Origin: Candidatus Harpocratesius repetitus
Lineage (GTDB): Archaea > Asgardarchaeota > Lokiarchaeia > Sigyniarchaeales > Promethearchaeaceae
DNA: 32,000 bases
Assembly: GCA_021498095.1 (NCBI GenBank)
Contig: JAIZWK010000001.1
Location: 3,480,001 to 3,512,000 of the forward strand
Direction of reading: 5' to 3'
A program made the translations under genes and the position numbers. Each line of letters opens with the position of its first letter. Position 1 is the first letter of the stretch. This document shows positions 27,835-32,000 of this stretch, piece after piece. Below the pieces are notes generated by a model. It did no database searches. It worked only from the letters and a program-made list of their open reading frames with translations, and was not told the DNA's origin.

Positions 27835-29427
27835 TTAAACTCCATTTATTATTTTTTTTTCCATCATATGCTGAATTTCTTCAATATTTTCTTTGATTCT
27901 TTGTTTCACTTCTCTCAGAGTCAACTGTTTCTTTTTATTTTTTACAAGATTTATTAACTGACTCATTTGAGATGCCATCTTAATTGGAATTTCAAATTTT
28001 GCTAAATCATTCTTAATCACATAATGCAATTCATCTATTGTTGTTGCTGCATCAACCATTTCATGGATTATCAGAAAACGCGAATCAATTTTGGCCAAAT
28101 CGTATCTCTTTTCCAGATCTTCAATAGTTGACTTCTTATTTTCTCGAGGATTGGATTCGATCAAGACCTCTGTAAATTTGTCCCATGTCTGATCTTGCTT
28201 TAAAGTACTTCTCTTTAGAATTAGTTTATGTTTCGCTTCTATATGCTGATTTAAATCCTCAGGGAGGCGGAAGCTTTTATGACAGTATGGACATTTTACA
28301 TTTTTTCCAGAACCGTGTTTTCTTGCTTTTTGATGTTGCTCAAGAGCAGACTGAGAATTAAATGATCTATCACATGATTGACAATTAAAGGATCTTTCAA
28401 GATTTAATGAAGTTTCAATGAAATGATTCTTTTTTTCTTGATGATCTTGTAATGAATGCTTCTTTCTAAATTCTTTTTCACAAATTGGGCATTTCCATTC
28501 CTTTTTTCCTTCATTTGATTTGCTAATTACTTTTTTTTCTTCTTCTGCTTTCTTATTTATTTTTTCTATATCCTCCGCAATATTTGACTTAATTTGGACT
28601 TCTTGATTTGTTTCTTCAGAGATTTTACATTGTTCTGGTTTTGAAAGCAATATTTTATGGAGTAGAGATGAAAAATCATGATTTGTTTGGATATCCAATC
28701 TTAACATTTTTATGATTTTTTCATAATTTGAATCCATTTTGACAAATGCATTGGAAAATTGCTCTAAATTTTCGAGATATGGTTGATTATTTATTAATTT
28801 CTGGCATATTTTTTTATAACGTTGAATTTTCTGTTTGAGTTCTTTATTTTTTTGGGAAATTGTTGCCCATTTCGATGAAAATTCAAGTTTTAGTGATTTT
28901 AATTCTTTGTTCACAGAATCAATCTGATTTTCACTCTCTTTTTTCAATTTTATAATTTTATTTTCTAAAGACTGTTTTTCTTTCCTTAAATCTTCATTTT
29001 CTTTTTTCATTTGATTTATTATTTTATATTGAGCCTTTTTCACATTATCATAGGCTTGAAATTGTTGCTTTGTCTCAATTGCGGATATCCATGACATAGG
29101 AACTCGGATATGAGACGGTTTAAGTTCATTCTCCACAATAAAAGCAGTTCTACCTAATTTTTTATACTTACGATCATCCGTTTTCTCAAATTTTGCCGAA
29201 CGATAGAGAAAATACCCCATACTTTGCATTTTATATACAAAATCATCAGATTCGATCTTTTTTTTGAAAAATTGACCTTTGTGATATCCATAAATAATGA
29301 TTAGAACATTAATATGTTTTTGAGAATAAAAATTGCGCAAATCCTGCAAGATTACATCAAATGCCGATTGATATTTGCTTAAGAGGTGTAAATCCGTTTC
29401 GATATAATTGATATCTTTTTTTGCCAT
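27835..29427 (-). CDS. Smr-like domain + coiled coil + three C2H2 zinc fingers
   Basis: N-terminus ETDLH...LIIIYGYHKG. Fingers: CPICEKEF...L..HQEKKNH, CQSCDRSF...L..HQKARKH and CPYCHKSF...L..HIEAKH (28228-28491). Confidence 0.75.
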   Translation of the reverse strand: MAKKDINYIETDLHLLSKYQSAFDVILQDLRNFYSQKHINVLIIIYGYHKGQFFKKKIESDDFVYKMQSMGYFLYRSAKFEKTDDRKYKKLGRTAFIVENELKPSHIRVPMSWISAIETKQQFQAYDNVKKAQYKIINQMKKENEDLRKEKQSLENKIIKLKKESENQIDSVNKELKSLKLEFSSKWATISQKNKELKQKIQRYKKICQKLINNQPYLENLEQFSNAFVKMDSNYEKIIKMLRLDIQTNHDFSSLLHKILLSKPEQCKISEETNQEVQIKSNIAEDIEKINKKAEEEKKVISKSNEGKKEWKCPICEKEFRKKHSLQDHQEKKNHFIETSLNLERSFNCQSCDRSFNSQSALEQHQKARKHGSGKNVKCPYCHKSFRLPEDLNQHIEAKHKLILKRSTLKQDQTWDKFTEVLIESNPRENKKSTIEDLEKRYDLAKIDSRFLIIHEMVDAATTIDELHYVIKNDLAKFEIPIKMASQMSQLINLVKNKKKQLTLREVKQRIKENIEEIQHMMEKKIINGV

Positions 29428-29605
29428 TTTTCTCTGTAGGTAAAAATTTCTTTTTTGTTTTATTTATTAAATTTTATGTGTATCTAATTAGTGATACATC
29501 CTAATATAGATTCCACTTGGAATTCCAGTTAAATATCTAATTGGAATGTGCACGATTAGGGTCTTATTCTGTACAATATTATATATATTCTTATATTGTT
29601 AAATA

Positions 29606-30082
29606 TTATTTCTGTTTTTTAGTTAATACCAGTTTCAGCTGTTCGAGGTCTTCTTCTTCTAATTTCAAAATCGAATTGAATACGTGTTCTTTTCCATTTT
29701 TTTCTAAAAAATCCATAAATTTCTCAACAGAAAAGTGTGATTTTCCTGTCACACTCAAGTAATAATCTTCGATTATTTTTTGTTTTGGTAGATCACAGAG
29801 CCAATATAATAATACAAACAAAATTCCTGATCGATCGGTTCCTCCAACACAGTAAATTAAAAGAGGAGTTTGTGTATGAAGAATTAATTGAATAACTTGC
29901 CTATATGCTTCACTTTTTTGCTTGATTGTTTCTACATAATCTTCTGCAATTGAAATTAGGATATGGATATACTGAAAATCCGGAATAAATTCTTGAACAT
30001 GGGGGATATTATAAGAATTTTCAGTAACTTCTGAAGATTTTCGTAATCGCAAATCTTTTTTTGTCGAACTCGATTTTTTCAA
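29606..30082 (-). CDS. Tyrosine-protein phosphatase-like (CX5R), N-terminus short or degenerate
   Basis: PLLIYCVGGTDRSG resembles PxLxHCxxGKDRTG; also I..DY..S. The start is a TTG and the expected N-terminal segment is not in frame. Confidence 0.72.
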   Translation of the reverse strand: MKKSSSTKKDLRLRKSSEVTENSYNIPHVQEFIPDFQYIHILISIAEDYVETIKQKSEAYRQVIQLILHTQTPLLIYCVGGTDRSGILFVLLYWLCDLPKQKIIEDYYLSVTGKSHFSVEKFMDFLEKNGKEHVFNSILKLEEEDLEQLKLVLTKKQK

Positions 30083-30347
30083 AGAATTTGTTAAATATTT
30101 ATCATCATGTTTATAAATTCTTCAATTTGAAGTCGATTCTATTAAAATTATTGATTTTCATACCTTGAATTTGGTACGTTGATAAAATCGACAAAAAATA
30201 AGGAAGGATATTTTAGATTTGAGTCGGGAGAATTAAGATGATGAAATGAAAAAATTCGAATCTTTGAAATTTAAAATACCCTCAATTCTTTTTATGATTT
30301 TCTCATTCTTATTAAGTTAAATCATCAAATCTTAACACAACTATGGC

Positions 30348-30905
30348 TTATTTCATATTTTCTAATTCACGCTCAATGGCTAACGCTTGTTCATAACATT
30401 TTCGCGCTACTTGCATGAACATTTCCTCAACATTCGTCCCATCCTTTGCAGAAGTCTCCAAATGAACTGCATTCAACCGATCCGCCAAATCTAATGCATC
30501 ATCCCGTGATACACGCCGTTGCTCATCAGCTAAATCTACTTTGTTTCCTATCAGCACTAATGGTATATCTCCTGCAGCTTTTTTGAGGGTACTTATCCAC
30601 CCTGGAAGTCGCAATAAAGACTCGGGTGTTGTGATATCATATACGCCGATAGCTGCTTGTGAACCCTTAAAATATATATTTCGCATACTTGAGAATTGAG
30701 CTTGTCCTCCTATATCCCAAAGCATGAGCCGTATATCATTTCCATCAATTTCTACGTCTTTGATAAGAAAATTGGTTCCGATAGTTTGTTTAAGGTCACT
30801 TGAAAATGTTTGTTTAATGAATCTAAAGATTAAGCTGGTTTTTCCAACATTCTGGCTACCAAATAGTGGTACTTTAAATTTATACTGTTTTCGTGGAGTC
30901 GACAT
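30348..30905 (-). CDS. Rab-like small GTPase (Ras superfamily)
   Basis: GSQNVGKTS, TIGTNF, WDIGGQ, GNKVD and ETSAK. No C-terminal cysteine. Confidence 0.95.
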   Translation of the reverse strand: MSTPRKQYKFKVPLFGSQNVGKTSLIFRFIKQTFSSDLKQTIGTNFLIKDVEIDGNDIRLMLWDIGGQAQFSSMRNIYFKGSQAAIGVYDITTPESLLRLPGWISTLKKAAGDIPLVLIGNKVDLADEQRRVSRDDALDLADRLNAVHLETSAKDGTNVEEMFMQVARKCYEQALAIERELENMK

Positions 30906-31083
30906 AATTTATGCCTCGATCAAAAACGAAGTCGATCAATTTGTGCTTGTTTATAGTATTTTTTTTTCTCCTTATAATGCTAGACTTTTTTAGAAATAAT
31001 CAAGGTAGATATATTAAATTAGAATCTATTTATAAATAATTTTTTGAATACATAGAATTGATGGAGAAAAATGGATAATGGCA

Positions 31084-31583
31084 ATGTTTGAGTACATTCA
31101 AGGATATCAACCAGATATAAAACTTGAATTGCAAGATATTGGAAAGCAGGTTTACCAACTTCATGAGCTTATGAATAACTATCGGGGAAGCTTCCTATAA
31201 AAGGTAAAGAATTCTTTATAGATCGCTTTATTTCACTTCTTTCAGATAAGAAATACACTCAAAATCGAATAATTGAAATTCAAAACTATGGGGAAGAGAT
31301 TTGGTATGTTTTACAGCGACTTCCAAAAGGATTCTGCCATGGAGACCTTCACAGTGGAAATATTTTCAAAACTAAGGCTGGTTCATTTACTTTATTTGAT
31401 TTTGATGCTTCTGCTTTTGCTTATCCAATTATTGATATCGCAACAATCTCAAATGCTACCGACTTCAATCAGCTTAAAGCAGATGCATTTGATGAGACAT
31501 TGATCAATTTAGAACGTTTTCTTTGTGGATATGGCAGAAATTTATCTAAAAGTGAGAAATTTATCTTCACTTTAAATGAATGA
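31084..31583 (+). pseudogene. Aminoglycoside phosphotransferase / type II homoserine kinase-like pseudogene
   Basis: MFEYIQG...IGKQVYQLH, then a -1 frameshift near 31198-31200, then LPKGFCHGDLHSGNIF...TLFDFD...YPIIDIA. Truncated at both ends. Confidence 0.85.
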
Positions 31584-31910
31584 CATATTATATTTATATG
31601 TAATTAAGAATGCTACTTATCAAGATTCATACATTTCAAATGGTTCAATTTTGAATTTGATTATGTATTTTGGGTTTATTTGATTAAACAATTTAAATTA
31701 ATTTCCTAAATCGATATAAAATATAGTTATTACGCGAATCAAAGTTGTATGTTGAATTTCTCATAACTGTACATAAAAAGCATAATTTATACTTTTTTGG
31801 TCATAAATATAGTAGGGATTATTAAGGAAATAGATAAATGAATAAATTTTTTTATATAAATAATTTTAGTAATTTAGAATAGCAAAAAAAATCATGGAAC
31901 AAGATCAATA

Positions 31911-32000
31911 ATGGAAGATTTTATCCAAATTTTAAATCAAGAAATAAAAATTTTTCATGAGTACTTGAAAAACAGAAAATTCGATTATTGTAATGTTATA
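31911..32000 (+). CDS. Start of a hypothetical protein (runs off window end)
   Basis: ATG at 31911 is open to the window end: MEDFIQILNQEIKIFHEYLKNRKFDYCNVI. Confidence 0.35.
   Translation, partial: MEDFIQILNQEIKIFHEYLKNRKFDYCNVI

Noticed and set aside
1805-30993. Other short overlapping ORFs in the track (e.g. 1805, 4085, 4150, 4506, 4885, 6875, 8273, 8851, 12034, 12877, 17254, 18425, 18772, 19120, 20859, 21028, 29541, 30724)
   Set aside because: They overlap well-supported genes in other frames or strands and show no motifs.
31273-31503. 76-aa hydrophobic ORF
   Set aside because: An alternative frame over the phosphotransferase pseudogene.

Overview
AT-rich archaeal window, most likely from an Asgard archaeon of the Lokiarchaeia/Promethearchaeia. 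This is inferred from S8e, archaeal RibL, a Rab-like GTPase and Loki-CTERM-type IPGY-TM-basic tails. Core genes: rps8e, UPF0200/UPF0201, prs, ribL, an epimerase, translin, gpsA and maoC. Accessory regions: (i) two back-to-back toxin-antitoxin loci at 5.4-6.9 kb; (ii) an array at 10.6-19.8 kb of three [secreted clan-CD-like cysteine protease + surface-anchored protein] units, reshaped by deletion, IS insertion and tail swapping; (iii) a defence-like stretch at 23.6-31.6 kb with an Xre/M78 + DUF4411 pair, a UDG-fold protein, a MazF remnant and a phosphotransferase pseudogene. Best leads: the protease/anchored-protein array, a SERCA-like P-type ATPase whose Ca2+ site is rewritten (PINL instead of PEGL), and an Smr + coiled-coil + 3x C2H2 zinc-finger protein. 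All family calls come from by-eye motif recognition; no searches were run. I saw no tRNA, rRNA or CRISPR array.
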